A DNA stretch of 64,000 bases, from assembly GCF_009914755.1 (NCBI RefSeq), contig NC_060930.1, one strand, 5' to 3'. Below are positions 48,241 to 62,225 of this stretch, piece after piece. Numbering within the stretch: the first letter of the stretch is position 1; every line of letters starts with the position of its first letter. This DNA comes from the human T2T-CHM13v2.0 reference genome, Homo sapiens. The position numbers were made by a program, and so were the translations under genes. The notes beneath the pieces were generated by a model. It was not told the origin of the DNA, ran no database searches, and saw nothing but the letters and a program-made list of their open reading frames with translations.

Positions 48241-50299
48241 ATATTTTATGGGAGCACAGATTCAAAAATGACTAATTAGAGCAGTTACTGAGGCGTCTCA
48301 GTGCAACAGCTGTGTTTATTATTGAATTGCCTGCAAAAATGGGCACACATGGCTTTTTAAAATTTTTTATTAAAAGTTAGTAATTTATGATGGCTTTATT
48401 AAAATACATGACTAGTGTAACTGGCTTTTATCACATAGAACAGTTTATGTTTTCATTAGTGAGACGAAAAGAAAAAGATTTCCTGCATCCTGAATTAGAG
48501 CTATCATCTGTTAAAAATATTTATGACTAAGAAACAAAAGATACTTGTTTTTACAAGATAGGAGCTCAATATATAATTACAAAATGAATAGATTCACCTA
48601 TTTATTAAATACATATTTGTTTTAAATAATGATAAGTGCTAATGGGGGATATGATAGGGATTGGGCTGTGTGTGTTTGTAGATATTGTAGTGTTCTGAAA
48701 TTTAGATTGGGCACTAGTCTTAATGTCTAAATTCCAAAATTACTTGAAAATTGCAACTTCTATTAAGTGTGCTCAACCTAAAAGTTTCCAGAAGGTTTAC
48801 GATAACATTCAAGTTTAAATTCAACATAATTGCGAAAAGTTGTATTTTGTTTATTTTCAGAGTTTATGAACTTTTTCTGATGTTTTCCTAATATATGAAA
48901 ATGAAATTGGGAAAAAAAGTTAGTTTCAGTAATTGGACCTACATCCTTCAGCGTGGATTTGTTTCCCCGTTTGGCTAATGTTTCATTGACCTCTACAAGG
49001 CTGGCATTTCTAGAATACCAACCGAGTAAATTTTAGACTCTCCACAGTTGATTTTTGTTGAAGCTATCAGAAACCATCAAGAACTCATTTGATAATTATA
49101 AGTTTTTGTGTTTGTATAGTAGTTAATTTGCAATCATGTGCTGTTTTGTTGAATGTTTGAAGTTGGCTTGCTATTGATGTCCTTTTCTAGGATGCATTTT
49201 CCACATAGAAAAGAATACATGCCTGAGTTCTCAGGTTTATTTGTTCATTTAAAAATAATTTATCAAGTGCCTATCATGTGCTACATGGTTCTAGTATTAA
49301 ATTGAACCCCATGCCACTGTGGGTATTCTATCCTTTTTAACTCAAAAGTCAGAAATTTGATATAGTTCAACTTATTCAAAAACAAGTCCCCTTTAAAGAG
49401 CTTTCAATCTAATATAAGGTTTTAGGTGTATAAAAAAAGAATGCCTCTAAAAGTTTTTATACTTCATTAAAAATTTTGTGGCCATGGAATTCTAAAATTC
49501 TGTAGATCAGAAATATTTCTATATAATGAAATATACAATGAAAATATTTCAGTATAATGAAGTTATTTCCCTGATGCAAGGTCTCATTTAGAAGAGTTTG
49601 TTTTCTGCATGAAGCATCCAAAGTAATAAATGATTTCTTCATCCTTGCGCCGTGCCGTATCATCAAGAATTACTTATTTGTCCATTTTGTTGTGATTTTT
49701 AAAGCTAATTTAGAATCAAAACTGAAGTGAGAAGTTGAACAGTAGCCCAGTTTTGTTCCTGCTTGGAAGAAGTAATTAATCTTTAACTTCCCGTATTTCT
49801 ACCTACTCTCTTTCAAAAGCACAAATAATTTTCCTTACCAGAAACCTCCTAAATTTCATAGCATTCACAGTATACACTGACATGATGTAGGAGAGGTGAC
49901 ATGTTATGTGCTTGAATTCAGAGTTTTTTCCCCCGTTCTTTTTGATTTAATGCCTGAAAAGAGTAGTGGCATATGGACTCTGTTCTTATTCAAAGCCCAA
50001 TTATGGTATGATTCCTGGCAAAAACGTTCACCATTATACAAGTCCACAAAGGGCTTTGAATTATTGACCCTACTCAGTAAACAAGAGAGCTCCTTGTTGT
50101 TGGTCCCACTGGGGATGGGGGAGCACAGGCAAGGTAGTGGAAGGCATAAAAAAGGAAAGCAAGGAGAGATGAATATGCAAAATGCTGTTATTTTAAACCC
50201 TCTTGTTTTAGTTTACATTCAAGGAATTGTATGTAATGGAGAGGGCACAGAATTAAAAACTAAAATGATGGGATTCCAAGCAGGCTAAACTTAAAGTAC

Positions 50300-50945
50300 C
50301 TTCCTCACGACAAGCCTACCTGCCTCTGTACCCATTGTTTCCCCCTCCCATTTTGGTTGGAGGTGACACTCCTTGCCATTGGGCCAATCCTCTTACCAAC
50401 ATCAGAAGCCCACTTCTTTCTTATCATGTTTTTATCATCCTCCTTCTCTTCTATATCTTCTCCTTCTCTCTTTCTACTGGATTTTCCTCATCAGCATTTA
50501 AACATATGGAAGTCTTTTAATTTATAAACATCTCTTTATCCTATTTTCCCCTCCTGTTACCACCCTAATCCTTTCCATCTTTACCTGTGCATAAGAAGTA
50601 GCACAGCAAGGCAACACTTGTCTTTACTCAACAGCTCCATTTCCTTAGCTCTCATTCATTAATTAATCTTCCTCTGAAAGGGCTAAACCAAAGTTATCAA
50701 TCATCTCCCTGAAGCTAAGTTCGACAAACATTAATAAGTTTCTTATCACTTACCCTCTTATCAAAGCACAACAAAGCTGACCATGCCACTCCAGTAGATC
50801 CTCCACTGACTTGGTTTCCATGATACTAGATCCGTTTGGATTGTCTACTGCCTCTTCAGTTGCTCCTTCTCCTTCTTCATTTACCAGCCAGTGCTCCTCA
50901 TCTGATCTGAAACGCTGGACTTCTTCAAGCTTCAATCTTCGGCTC
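50300..50945 (+). mobile_element. L2 fragment
   Basis: Pyrimidine-rich degenerate L2-like sequence (tctctttctactggattttcctcatcagcatttaaacat; cttggtttccatgatact). Confidence 0.5.
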
Positions 50946-51329
50946 TCTTTTCTTCTCCTTAGACCAAGATTTCTCAATAGCTTTTGGGTCTTAAAGAATC
51001 CTTGACAAAAAATTATTGCTGAACTTCCAGTATATCAGCATGATCAGTAAGTTGCAGACATAATAAACTAAAAATACTATTAATACTCTTTTGGAGATAG
51101 AATGATAGTTTTCTATGGATATGTTTATTTTGGCTAATATTATCAGCCCACTCATTTTGTGTGGTTCTCCTCCCACTAAGGATATCAACTTGAATGTAAG
51201 TCAATAGTATGAGTAGCGCAAACTTTAGTTTTTCTTTTTTTTTTTAAATTAAAATTTCTTCTGGATTTTTAAAACCTTATCCAATTAGACTTAAAATTCT
51301 TATTACAAATGTCTACTATGTAATTAGTA

Positions 51330-51610
51330 TGTAATCTCAACATTTTAGGAGGCTGAGAAAGGAGGATCATTTGAGACCAGGAGTTGAAAACCAGCCTGCT
51401 CAACATAGTGAGACCCTGTCTCTACAAATTAAAAAAAAATTAGCCAGATATGGTAGAACTTGCTTGTAGTCCCAACTACTTGGGAGGCTAAGGCAGAGGA
51501 TCACTTAAGCCTAGGAATTTGGGGCTGCAGTGAGCTATGATTGTGCCACCACACTCCAGCCTGGGTGACAGAGCAAGAGTCCATCTAAAAAAAAAAAAAA
51601 AACAAAAAAT
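51330..51610 (+). mobile_element. AluJ SINE
   Basis: ggaggatcatttgagaccagg...gctgcagtgagctatgatt; A tail. Confidence 0.93.
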
Positions 51611-51871
51611 GACCAAAAACCCCCCCAAACCCATACATTCTACTATAAAAAATGCAAACACGGTATGGTATGTGGTACATGGTGAATGGCAAGAGTGCTT
51701 TTTCCCTATTTACAACTAAAGATGACTTGTTAGCTAACCTTTCTTGAAAAAAGAAAGGCAATAAGCTTAGCTTGTCTTTTAAAAATTTAATTCCTTTATT
51801 TTCAATAATTCTTAAAACCCATGGGTTAACATAGTAAATTTCTGTTAATAAATAACTGGCTTAAGCCAAAA

Positions 51872-53087
51872 TAATTTTTAAATTGTATTTACTTAGAAGC
51901 ATTCAAAATGTCAACAACATGGCTGCAACTGTTTTTTTTTTTTTACAATTATAGAGTTGTATTCAGTTATCAAAACAACAATTATTTTGTATAAACTGCA
52001 TCAGAGACAACTGAAGATGAAAGAACTACCATCTCCACATATAACTAATTTGTGCAGTGCACCAGAAAGAACCTGTTTAAATTTCCATGCCAATTTGCAA
52101 CCCCCATACTGTGCCAGGTAAGGTTAGTGGCTATTGAAAATACTACCTGGACAGGGCTATCTAAAGACACATTGGATAGTGTGTTAACTATATAAAAAAA
52201 GACACTGTACAATTTAAAAACAAATTTTATACAGACTTACATTTCAATTTGTTTCTTTAAAAAGTAGTCAGTTGTGTACAGGGGGGTTAAATGCTTTTAA
52301 GACAAGAAAAACACTGCACTAGAACCAACTTATTAACATTGTCATTATCTCCTCCTCCTCCTCCTTCTCCTCTTCCTCCTCCTCCTTCTTCCTTCTTCTT
52401 CTCCCTCTTCTTCATCTTCATCTTCTTCATCTTTTTTTCATCTTCCTCCTCTTCCTTCTTGTTCTTACTCCCTTTTTTTTTGGCTACATCAGTCTTTCCT
52501 TTAGCTTACTGTGCAGCAATATTCTTTGGGTATTTTTCCTTCAGCCTTGCATCCTTCTTTTTATAAGGCTGCCTGTCATCTGCAGCAGTGTCATTCCATG
52601 TCTCTCCCAGTTTCTTTGCAACAATGGATAGGCTGGGATGTTCTCTTTCGATTTTTGGGTGATACTCAGAAAAGAATGAGGCCAAAGGAGGCCTCTTGGG
52701 TGCATTGGCATCTTTGAACTTCTTTTTTCTTTCTTCTTTAGGAGGGACATGGGTTTCATTTCTCTTTTGTAACGAGTATTGTCTACCTTTGCCATGTCTT
52801 CAAATTTTTCTTTCTTCTTGGCAGACATGGTCTTCCACCTATCTGGGCACTTCTTAGAAAACTCTGAGAAATTGACCGAACATTTGGGTGCTTCTTCTTC
52901 TGCTCCTCCCAGCAAGTTTACACAAAGAATGCTGTGAAGATATTTTGCCTCTTGGCTTCTTAGGCTCTCCTTTGCCCAAGTTTAGTTATTTTTCCTCAGC
53001 AAGGCACAGAATTATCCAGAATCACCCAGTGCCCATCTGGTTCTCACTTGCCCTGGCATTGTCTTTATGCAGCTCAATGAACTACAA
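51872..53087 (-). pseudogene. HMGB1 processed pseudogene
   Basis: Intronless; SVNFSEFSKKC..RWKTMSAK.K.KFEDMAK; acidic-tail (GAR)n tract at 52340-52470; HMGB1-like 3' and 5' UTRs; ATG mutated to TTG at about 52979 and frameshifts. Confidence 0.96.
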
Positions 53088-53269
53088 CTGAGATTTACTT
53101 TTTTAAAGGTAAACTTGATAGATTTAATTAAATAAAATTTGTCAGTTGAATTTAATTAATATTATTTACAACACAAAGATTTGTTGGGAATGCTGAATAG
53201 TAAACCTCTTAAAATAATAAGTCAAAGCAGTGGAAATAAAAATACAGCTTAGGACATATATAAAAGTCA

Positions 53270-53535
53270 AAGTCTTACAGATTGCTTGTTGGAATGTAAA
53301 ATTGTGTTGTCACTTTGGAAAACAGTTCTGCAATTTCTCAAAAATTAAATATAGGTTTTCATGTGCCCCAACAATTTCACCACTAGGTATATACTCAAGA
53401 GAGCAAAAACATACGTTTACACAAAAGAATTGTACATGATGTTTATAGCAGCAGTATTTATAATAGCCAAAAATTACAAATCTAATTGTTTATCAACTAA
53501 TAAATGAATAAATAAAATGTGATATATCCATAAAA
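53270..53535 (+). mobile_element. L1M 3' fragment
   Basis: gggaatgtaaaattg-like..cactttggaaaacagtt..tatttataatagccaaaa..aaatgtgatatatccat. Confidence 0.8.
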
Positions 53536-53719
53536 AAAAAAGTCAAAGTCTTTAGTATAAAGCTGTAACAAATCATTTTCTTTGTGAGTGACATGATTAG
53601 GCTCAAATATAGACCTAGAAGTTACAAAATTGTTATGCAGATGTGTGTTGGTTTTCCAATCTCTTTTATAGGCCTAAATATTTTTAAAAGTATTATTTGA
53701 ACCAAAAGGAAAGAATGAA

Positions 53720-55450
53720 ATTTACACATGTAATTTCAAACTTGGTTTTTGCTGCAAAAATACTCAATTCTAGGTCAAATATATGAAGTAAGCATTCAAC
53801 TACTTCATTTTCAACTATGATCAGACAATTTCTGTCCTTGTTTTTGGTGTTTCTTAAATAAGAAAATGTTGCTCATAAATCAAAAAAGTTGAAAACCACA
53901 GCAAAATATTCACTGCTTCACTGTAAATGGCAGGATACTCTGTCTTCACAGAAACCCAGAACTCATATAGGGGCAGAACTCTTATTGTCATTTGTAAGAA
54001 TAATCAGACTTCATCTCAAAGTTCTTCCTCTTCTCTGAAAATCAAGTTCTCATGTGAGGAGAAAATCTAGAGAAAGCATCCCTCACCAAGTCAGACACTT
54101 GGATTGAAGGGAAAAGTACACTCAGTGTTGCTCTGCAGTTCTCTGGATGGTTTTCAATATGCTCATATCCTCCTTCAATTTCAAGCCCAAGCAGCAGTTG
54201 AAACATTTCACAATTTCCTTCTGTGACTTGTTTTTTCCTAAAGATTCAATTTCTTTAAATTCAAGAATCCTGTCATTTGAAACAAAAAAAAAGTTTCTGG
54301 GCCATACAAAGACTTGTTCATCTGGATAAGGTGATGGAAAATGGCTGCTAAATAGCCTAGTTTCTGCAGCCATTCTTTATCTTGAAACCCTCTAGCAAAA
54401 TCTGACCTACTAATTTCTTGAAAGTGCTACCTTTCGGTTCAAACACCCTGTTGAGAACTCTTCCTCTGCTAACTCACTGGATGTAGAATAAGGTTTGTTA
54501 GGTGGCCTCCAATATTCTCATACCATCTTCAAGCCATCTTCAGTGAACTGGTCTGTGTTTAATAGTAATCATCCTTGTAGCATTACTCAGATTTTTTTTT
54601 TTCATTTTGTATTTAAGAGTTTTCAACACCAGTAGCTCTCTGGAAATAAGTCAGTGTCTTGTGATGTCAGTGTGAAGGTGAATTTTCTTGGGGCACCATC
54701 AACGCAGATGCCAGTGCCATTCTTGCAAAATAGACTTTCTGTTTTCAGATATAAAGATGAAGAGAAAAAGTATCTTGTCCTTTACTTGTTTTGGGCAACA
54801 TCCTGCAGTAGAAAAAAAATGTTCTTAAATTTCAACATTATTTATAAATCTTACAAGTGCTACAGCATGATGTTTATTGGTGAAATTTGTTTATTCATCA
54901 AAATGGACAAAGAAGCTGTAATTTTTCAATGTATTATAAAAATACCTTCAGCATCATGTGGCATGCCATCAGTATGTCAGCTTATTATGCTGATTGAGAG
55001 CGTGACTTTTTCAGTTGCTTGTATGGAATCTCATTCTAGCATTTTCCTAATTATGACCTTACCTGCTATCATTATTAAGTTCTCACCAACTATGCAACTT
55101 TTCCTTTTCTAGGCTACACTTTGTGCTTTGGATAACTCCAAAATAACTTGTTTTCAGAGCCTTTTCCTTGAGTGTGACTGTTTTTTAGAACAAAATATTT
55201 ATTTTGTTTGTTTGAGATTCAAATTATTGTTTAAAATAATCAGTATCTTTATTTGTTAAATGGCTGTAATTTGTAGTTAAATGTCTTTTCAATTTTGCTA
55301 GTTATTGCTGCATTTTTAGTTGTTTGGTATTGACTGTGCACAATAGAATAGATCAACTTGGATGTAAAACTCATTGTTAAGTAGCTTTCATTGTAAAGGT
55401 GAACTTTCTTTTGGATTCTCTGCACTGGGGGAGTGAATTGACTCAAAAGA
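53720..55450 (-). mobile_element. Decayed near-full-length hAT-Charlie (Buster-like) transposase
   Basis: Manual minus-strand translation gives ordered hAT motifs: YNESYL, CIVGENLI, GICVDGAP (54689-54712), *VSRGRVLNRVFE (about 54438-54476), WLQKLGYLAAIFHHL..NKSLYG (54301-54372), LYEFWVSVKTEYPAI..AVNILL (about 53890-53975). Confidence 0.88.
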
Positions 55451-55606
55451 TTTTATTTCCTTATCCAACCTTATCAAAACTGTCCAGAAGCCTAAGCCTA
55501 GAATCTTTCTTTTCTATCTCATACTTCATCTTCAGAAATCATCAACCCAATGTTCAGATATATTTGTGAAACACAAATGCAGATAAAATATAAAACAGAA
55601 AGGTAC

Positions 55607-55925
55607 AGCAGGGCACAGTGGCTCACGCCTGTAATCCCAGCACTTTGGGAGGCCAAGGAGGGCGGATCACAAGGTCAGGAAATTGAGACCAGCCTGGCCA
55701 ACATGGTGAAACCCGTCTCTACTGAAAATACAAAAATTAGCTGGGTGTGGTGGCACACACCTGTAATCCCAGCTACTCCGGAGGCTGAGGCAGGAGAATT
55801 GCTTGAACCCGGGAGGGGACATTGCAGTGAGCTGAGATCATGCCATTGCACTCCAGCATGGGCGCCAGGGCCATACTCCACCTCAAAAAAATGAGACAAA
55901 ACAAAACATAACAACAACAAAAAAC
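55607..55925 (+). mobile_element. AluS SINE
   Basis: Alu dimer; TSD aaaacagaaagg[t/c]aca. Confidence 0.96.
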
Positions 55926-56419
55926 AAAACAGAAAGGCACAATACCTGAGAAAATCTCAAGAAATGCAAAACCTACAATACAGTCTATTTTTAACTTACC
56001 GAATTCACATTCAGCACTTATTACAACAACAAGCAGCAGGGATCAGATGAGTCTTGGTATGTATAAGTATCTTCTTTAGGGTGAAAAGGTCCCACTGATT
56101 GTCTGTTACACCTGTAGAGCTTATTTTTTTCCTTGTCAGTAGGTTGTATATAAAGGGAGGTGGGAAAGGTAACTTGGAGGGAGAAGGTGGACATCATTTT
56201 CCTGCCTTCCTCACCTTTGTGCAGCATAACACTCAACAGATATCCAAGGCCTCCCTCACCTGGCATCAATATCTGAGAATGGATGTATCTAAATAAATAT
56301 TGTCCTATGTACATTAGGACAAAATCTGATGTTTAATATCTCTGCAATCAGTATTTCACATGGAAGCTCTCGAGACATTTAGCAGCCCACTAGGATTCTG
56401 TAGAACTTCTGTTGAGAAA

Positions 56420-57425
56420 ACTTGTTGAGACAATCTTACCTACACTCATGGCTTCAGTTATCTAATGCTTTCAAATTTATGTCTCCTGTTGGTTCTGGAT
56501 TTAAAATTGCTGACTCGCCATCTCCTCTTGAACATTTCATAGGCACATCAAACTCAGAATGCCTAAACTTAAATTCTCAATTGTGTCTCTACTCCCTCCC
56601 CAACCATGCAAAAAAGAAAATTGTGAGCCACTTCCAGTGTTGTTCCCCTCAGCAAATGGCACCAATGTCCACTAACTGCACACCCCAGCAACCTGGACAT
56701 CATTCTTTACTCATTTCCCTTAACTGTACCTCCTATTCCATGTTTAATCAGTCTCTAATTCCTGTTGATTCTGTTTACTAAATGTCACAACATTGAATCT
56801 TATTCTATATCCCCACCACTCTGAATCAAACTATTCCCTTTTTTAGGGCTGAATTTCCAGAAGAGTCTCTTAACTGGTCTTTGTTATCTACTATGAAACC
56901 AGTCCAAGTCATTCTCTACTTTGTTGCCAAATCTTATCACGTTTCTCCCTGCTTAAAACTTCTCAATAACTACCAGCACATTGCTCTTAAGATGAAGACC
57001 AAAATCCTTAATAGGACATACAGTGATGTGCGTGATCATCCCCTGCTAACCTCTTCTCTGCCTTCTCCCTTCCCTTATTGTATTCCATCCATGAAGACTT
57101 ATCAATCCCCTCTTTTAAGAGGCTCCCTCACGCTGTCCTCCCTCTGTTTATACACCTCCCACTCCTTTCATCTCACTCTTACTCATCCTTCAGATCTGAG
57201 TTTAAATGTCATTTCCTCAGAGAAGCAAGAAGTTCCTTAGTACTGTGTATTTCTGCCTAATTTCACTTACCACAATTCTAATTGCACAGTTTGTTGGTTA
57301 TTATCTATCCCTGAAGCAACTCTGATTGCTCTTGAAAGGCAGGGAGTGCATTTGCTGTGTTTACCACCTATCTCCAGCATTAACACACAATAAAAACAAT
57401 TGGTGGGACAAATGAGTAAATGAAT
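56420..57425 (+). mobile_element. L2 LINE fragment
   Basis: Degenerate L2 3' region ending caataaaaac..tgagtaaatgaat. Confidence 0.65.
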
Positions 57426-58669
57426 TATTAAATTCACTAATTTGCTTCTTTCATGCTATTGCTCTCAAGTTTAGGAATAAAATTACTATACTCATTACAT
57501 AAAAGAAATATGAATTTCTAATTTTAGGGTTTTTTATTAGTTGAACTTTTTACTATAAGCAAAATTGCTTAGCATTTGAAATACCTTTTTAAAAAATGTT
57601 GCCTAGTCTACCATCTCATGTATGTTGTAAGTTTTATGTGATTAAATAAGTTTTGATATGCAGCAAAATAACAACATGAAATTGTAAATTATACTAATAG
57701 TCTGTGACTTAATTAGCATGAAAAATCTTCCCATTTATTTATAAGACCAAATAAAAATATTAACTTGAGATTAGCACTGCAGCTGTTGAATATTTCAGTG
57801 CTATTAAATATTGGAGGACATAATTTAAAAATGTACAAAGATCATACACAGATCGTTTTATAGTTTTATTTTTCTTACTATTATTTAGAAAAAGACATTT
57901 TGAAATCAGTGTTTCCCACAAAGAAAAATACTTAAATATGTAATTTTAATACATGCATATGCCAAAATTAATATTTATTTATTTTTGTTTGGATATAAGC
58001 CAACATAGACATGAATGTAGCTCTTTTCTCCTGAGATAGAAGAACACACTATTGAAATTCAATCAGAGCATCCAGATGTAAATGAGCTGTTCATCTATAG
58101 CCCACAGGATGTTCACTTTGGCTTCAATCCTTCCAGACTGGATCCATACCAAGACTTTCTATTATTACTATTAATTAGCAGTTCTGGCAAAATTAAGGAA
58201 TATTGTTATGTCAGCTTGAAATCCTTTAGACTGACTAGTGATCTCAAAAAAAGTTAAGACTTGATCGATAATTATTCCAAGCATGATGATTAAAAATTAA
58301 ATTCCTGATGTGATCCATGATTTTTTTTCCCTCTCTCACTCTATTTTAGAAAAACAGGGTAGGTATTTATTAGAGAGGAATCTAAAATCAGAGGTAGAAA
58401 AGGGCATGGATTTTAAGGTCTTCTCTGTCTTCATTTAGTCTTCCCTTTCTTTCCACAGATTATAGATCCAGACTCCTGTGCCTGACCACTGCCCATGGCC
58501 AACTCTCTGCTGATGACTGGACTTGACTACACAAGTTGTTGGGTACTTTGACTAGAACACCAACCAAGTCATTGGAAATATAATGCTTTGTTCTTTCTAG
58601 CTCCAAGATATGAACATGTGACAACCCAAACAAACAAAATCCCAACAAGGTTGTCAGATATGCAAATTA

Positions 58670-59107
58670 CAGTTGACCCTTGAACAACAGAGAGGGTAGA
58701 GGTGCTGATCACTGGCACAGTTGAAAATTCAAAAGTTTTGACTCCCCTAAAACTTAATTACTAATAACCTACTGTTGACTAGAAGCCTACTGATAATATA
58801 AACGATTTATTAACACATATTTTATATGTTATATGTATTAGGTACTGTATTATAATAAAGTAAGCTAGAGCAAAGAAAATGTTATGGATAAAATCATAAG
58901 AAAGAGAAAAGATATTTACTCTCCATTGAATAGAAATGGCTCATCATAAAGATCTTCATTCTCACCATCTTCAAATTGGGTAGGCTGAAGAGGAGCAATA
59001 AGAGAAGGGGTTGGTCTTGCCATCTCAGGTGTGGCAGAGACGGAAAACAATCCACGTATAAATATGGACCCATGTAGTTCAAACCTGTGTTGTTCAAAGG
59101 TCAACTG
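58670..59107. mobile_element. Tigger2a-like TcMar-Tigger element
   Basis: TIRs cagttgacccttgaacaaca / tgttgttcaaaggtcaactg with TA TSD; 438 bp. Confidence 0.9.
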
Positions 59108-60420
59108 TATTTACTTTAAATTACTTGTCTGACCTGAGATTTTCCTGACCATAATCCAAGAGATTGACACCTTTCTAAAGTTTGTTCTTATGTTTTCCAA
59201 AATGACAACTTGTTTTCCAGAAGTTAGCAGCCACCATGTTTTAAGACAGAAACAGCCTGAGGTTCTCCCAAGGTCTATTGAGCATAAGAGTTTTTTGCCT
59301 TCTAGTAAAATAAACCCATATTCGCAGAGTGTCTGGACCAGAAAATCTTCCACATTATCCTGTGTTCAAGTATTAGGATTGTGCAATACATTTCTTAGAA
59401 GAATTCTGCCTACTACTCATGCAAACACCAAACAGGACAAATACAAAGGCGACCACATCTAGACATGTCATATTCAAACTGCTGAAAACTAACAACAAAA
59501 AACAAATCTTAGAAGGAAAAGAAACCTCGCATGGGGAAACAATGATCTAAATGATAGCCAACTTTGCAGGCCAGAAGACAGTGAAATGATACCTTTGCAG
59601 TACTGAATGAAAGACAAAGTCAACATAGAATTCTATGTCCAATAAAAATATCCTAAAAAAGAAGGCAAAATAAAAACATTTCTAGTAGGCAAAAGCTGAG
59701 AGCACTAGTCTTTGGTAGATTTGTACTACACAAAATGCCATAAGGAGGTTTTCAGGCTGAAGAAAAAAATACCAGTTGCAACCTAAATGAAGCATGAAGA
59801 GTACTAGAAACAGCGAAGATTAAAGACTATTTTAACATCTTTATTTTTAATACATATGTACCTATAAATTTTAACTTCTTCAAAAAATTGACTTTTTAAG
59901 ATATAAATAATAACAATGTATTGAGCTGCAGCATATGTAGAAGTAAAATGTGGGAAAATAACAGCACAAGGACCAGAAGCATAGATACATAGAATTATAT
60001 ATTTACCAGGTTCTTACATTGTTTGTGAAGTAATATAATATTATTTTAATGTAGATTGGGATAACTTAAAGGTATATATCTTTAAGATATCATATATTCT
60101 ATATATCATATATATCTTTAAGATATCATATATTCTATACTGAGCAATCTATAAAAAACAAAGAAGCATATCTAAAAATTCAATGGATGAGATTAAATTA
60201 AATACTAAAAACTACTCTATTAACCCAAAATAAGACAAGAAAAAAGGGATGAAATGAGAGACAAATTTTGCAAATAGAAAATCAATGGTAGGTTATAACC
60301 CAATCATATTAATAATTACACTGAATATAAATGAACTAAGCGCTCACCCCAAAAAAAGTGATTGTCAGATAGGAAAAAAGAAAAACCTATCTATATGCTC
60401 TTTATAAGAAACATATTTAA

Positions 60421-60729
<309 letters not shown>

Positions 60730-61009
60730 TTAAATAAAGTGACACAGTCAGATCGAAAGCAATAGGTTGGGGAAAAAAAACCATGAAAAAATGAAGTATA
60801 AGAAAGCTGGTGTGGTTATATAAATATTAGTCAAAGGAGATGTCAAGACAAAGATTATTACCAGAGATAGAGAACTATATGCATGATGATAAATGGATTG
60901 ATTCATCAAGAAAACATAACAATCTTAACTGTGCACCTAATGACAGAGCATAAAACAAGAGGTGATAGATAGGACAAAAGGAGAAATAGGCAAATTCTCA
61001 TTTAGTTAG

Positions 61010-61720
61010 TGTGATGGTTTGGTTTATATGTCAACTTGGCTAAGCTACAGTGCCCAGTTATTTAATCAAACACCAATTTAGGTGTTGCTTTGAAGATATG
61101 TTGTCCATGTGGTGAGATCTACAATCAGTTGACTGAAAGTAAAGGATATTACTTGATGATGTGGGTGTGGGTTCACCTAATCAGTTGAAAACCCTAGAGT
61201 AAAACCAGGTTTCCTGGAACAGAAGATATTCTGCCTCAAGATTGAAGCACTGGCTGGGCGCCGTGGCTCACGCCTGTAATCCCAGTACTTTGGGAGGCCG
61301 AGGCGGGCTGATCACGAGGTCAGGAGATCGAGACCATCCTGGCTAACATGGTGAAACCCCGTCTCTACTAAAAATACAAAAAAATTAGCCGGGCGTAGTG
61401 GCGGGTGCCTGTAGTCCCAGCTACTCGGGAGGCTGAGGCAGGAGAATGGCGTGAACCCCGGGGGGCGGAGCTTGCAGTGAGCCGAGATCGCACCACTGCA
61501 CTCCAGCCTGGGCGACAGAGCGAGACTCCGTCTCAAAAAGAAAAAAAAAAAGATTGAAGCACTAACACCTACCTGAGTTTCCAGCCTGATGGCCTATCCT
61601 ATTGATTTCAGACTCGACAGCTCCTAAAATCACATGAGCCAATTCCTTTAAATAATTGTCTTAATACATAGATATGTATATCTTCTATTGTGTCTGTTTC
61701 TTTGGAGAACCCTGACTTAC
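61010..61720 (+). mobile_element. MLT2 (ERVL) solo LTR split by AluY
   Basis: tgtgatggtt..atgtcaacttggctaagcta...ctgtttctttggagaaccctgac. Confidence 0.88.
61252..61549 (+). mobile_element. AluY SINE
   Basis: Y diagnostics (accatcctggctaac, gaatggcgtgaac, gcggagcttgcag); CpG-rich; perfect 14-bp TSD aagattgaagcact. Confidence 0.97.
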
Positions 61721-62225
61721 ATAGTGCTGTTAACATCGCTTTGTCTAAGTAGACAATATAATCAGTAAATATAGAAAAGATTTGAACAGCATTATTAACC
61801 AAGTTGATCTAATTAACAAATGCAGATATAAATTATTTCAAGTACTCATGGAACATTCATAAAGATCAACATGTGCTGCATCAAAAAACACATCTCAACA
61901 AATATCAAAGATTGAAGTGATACATAGTATATTTTGTGACCACAACAGTATTAAAGTGGAAATTAGTAATAAATGTAAGTAGAAAATCCCCAACATTTAG
62001 AAATTCAGCAATATCCTTTTAAATAACCCATGTGTCAAATGAGAAATTATGTTGGGGATTAGAAGATTGTTTGAACTGATTGATAATAGAAAACATTATA
62101 AATGGGTGAGATGCGGCTAAAGAAGTGCTTACATGGAAAGTTATAGCTTTACATGCTTATGTTTAAAAAGAAGAAAGGTTTACCATCAATGACCTACTTC
62201 TACTTTAAAAACCTAGACTAAAAAC

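Noticed and set aside
49560-49670. Small CpG cluster with a 69-aa minus-strand ORF, possible exon
   Set aside because: No convincing splice sites and no recognisable protein; too short for a CpG island.
54654-55112. 152-aa + strand ORF
   Set aside because: Antisense to the decayed Charlie transposase, GTG start, no recognisable homology.
58430-58545. Strong-looking splice acceptor (ttccctttctttccacag) with a weak donor downstream
   Set aside because: No coding signal or partner exon; such motifs are common. A lncRNA exon cannot be supported or excluded without RNA data.
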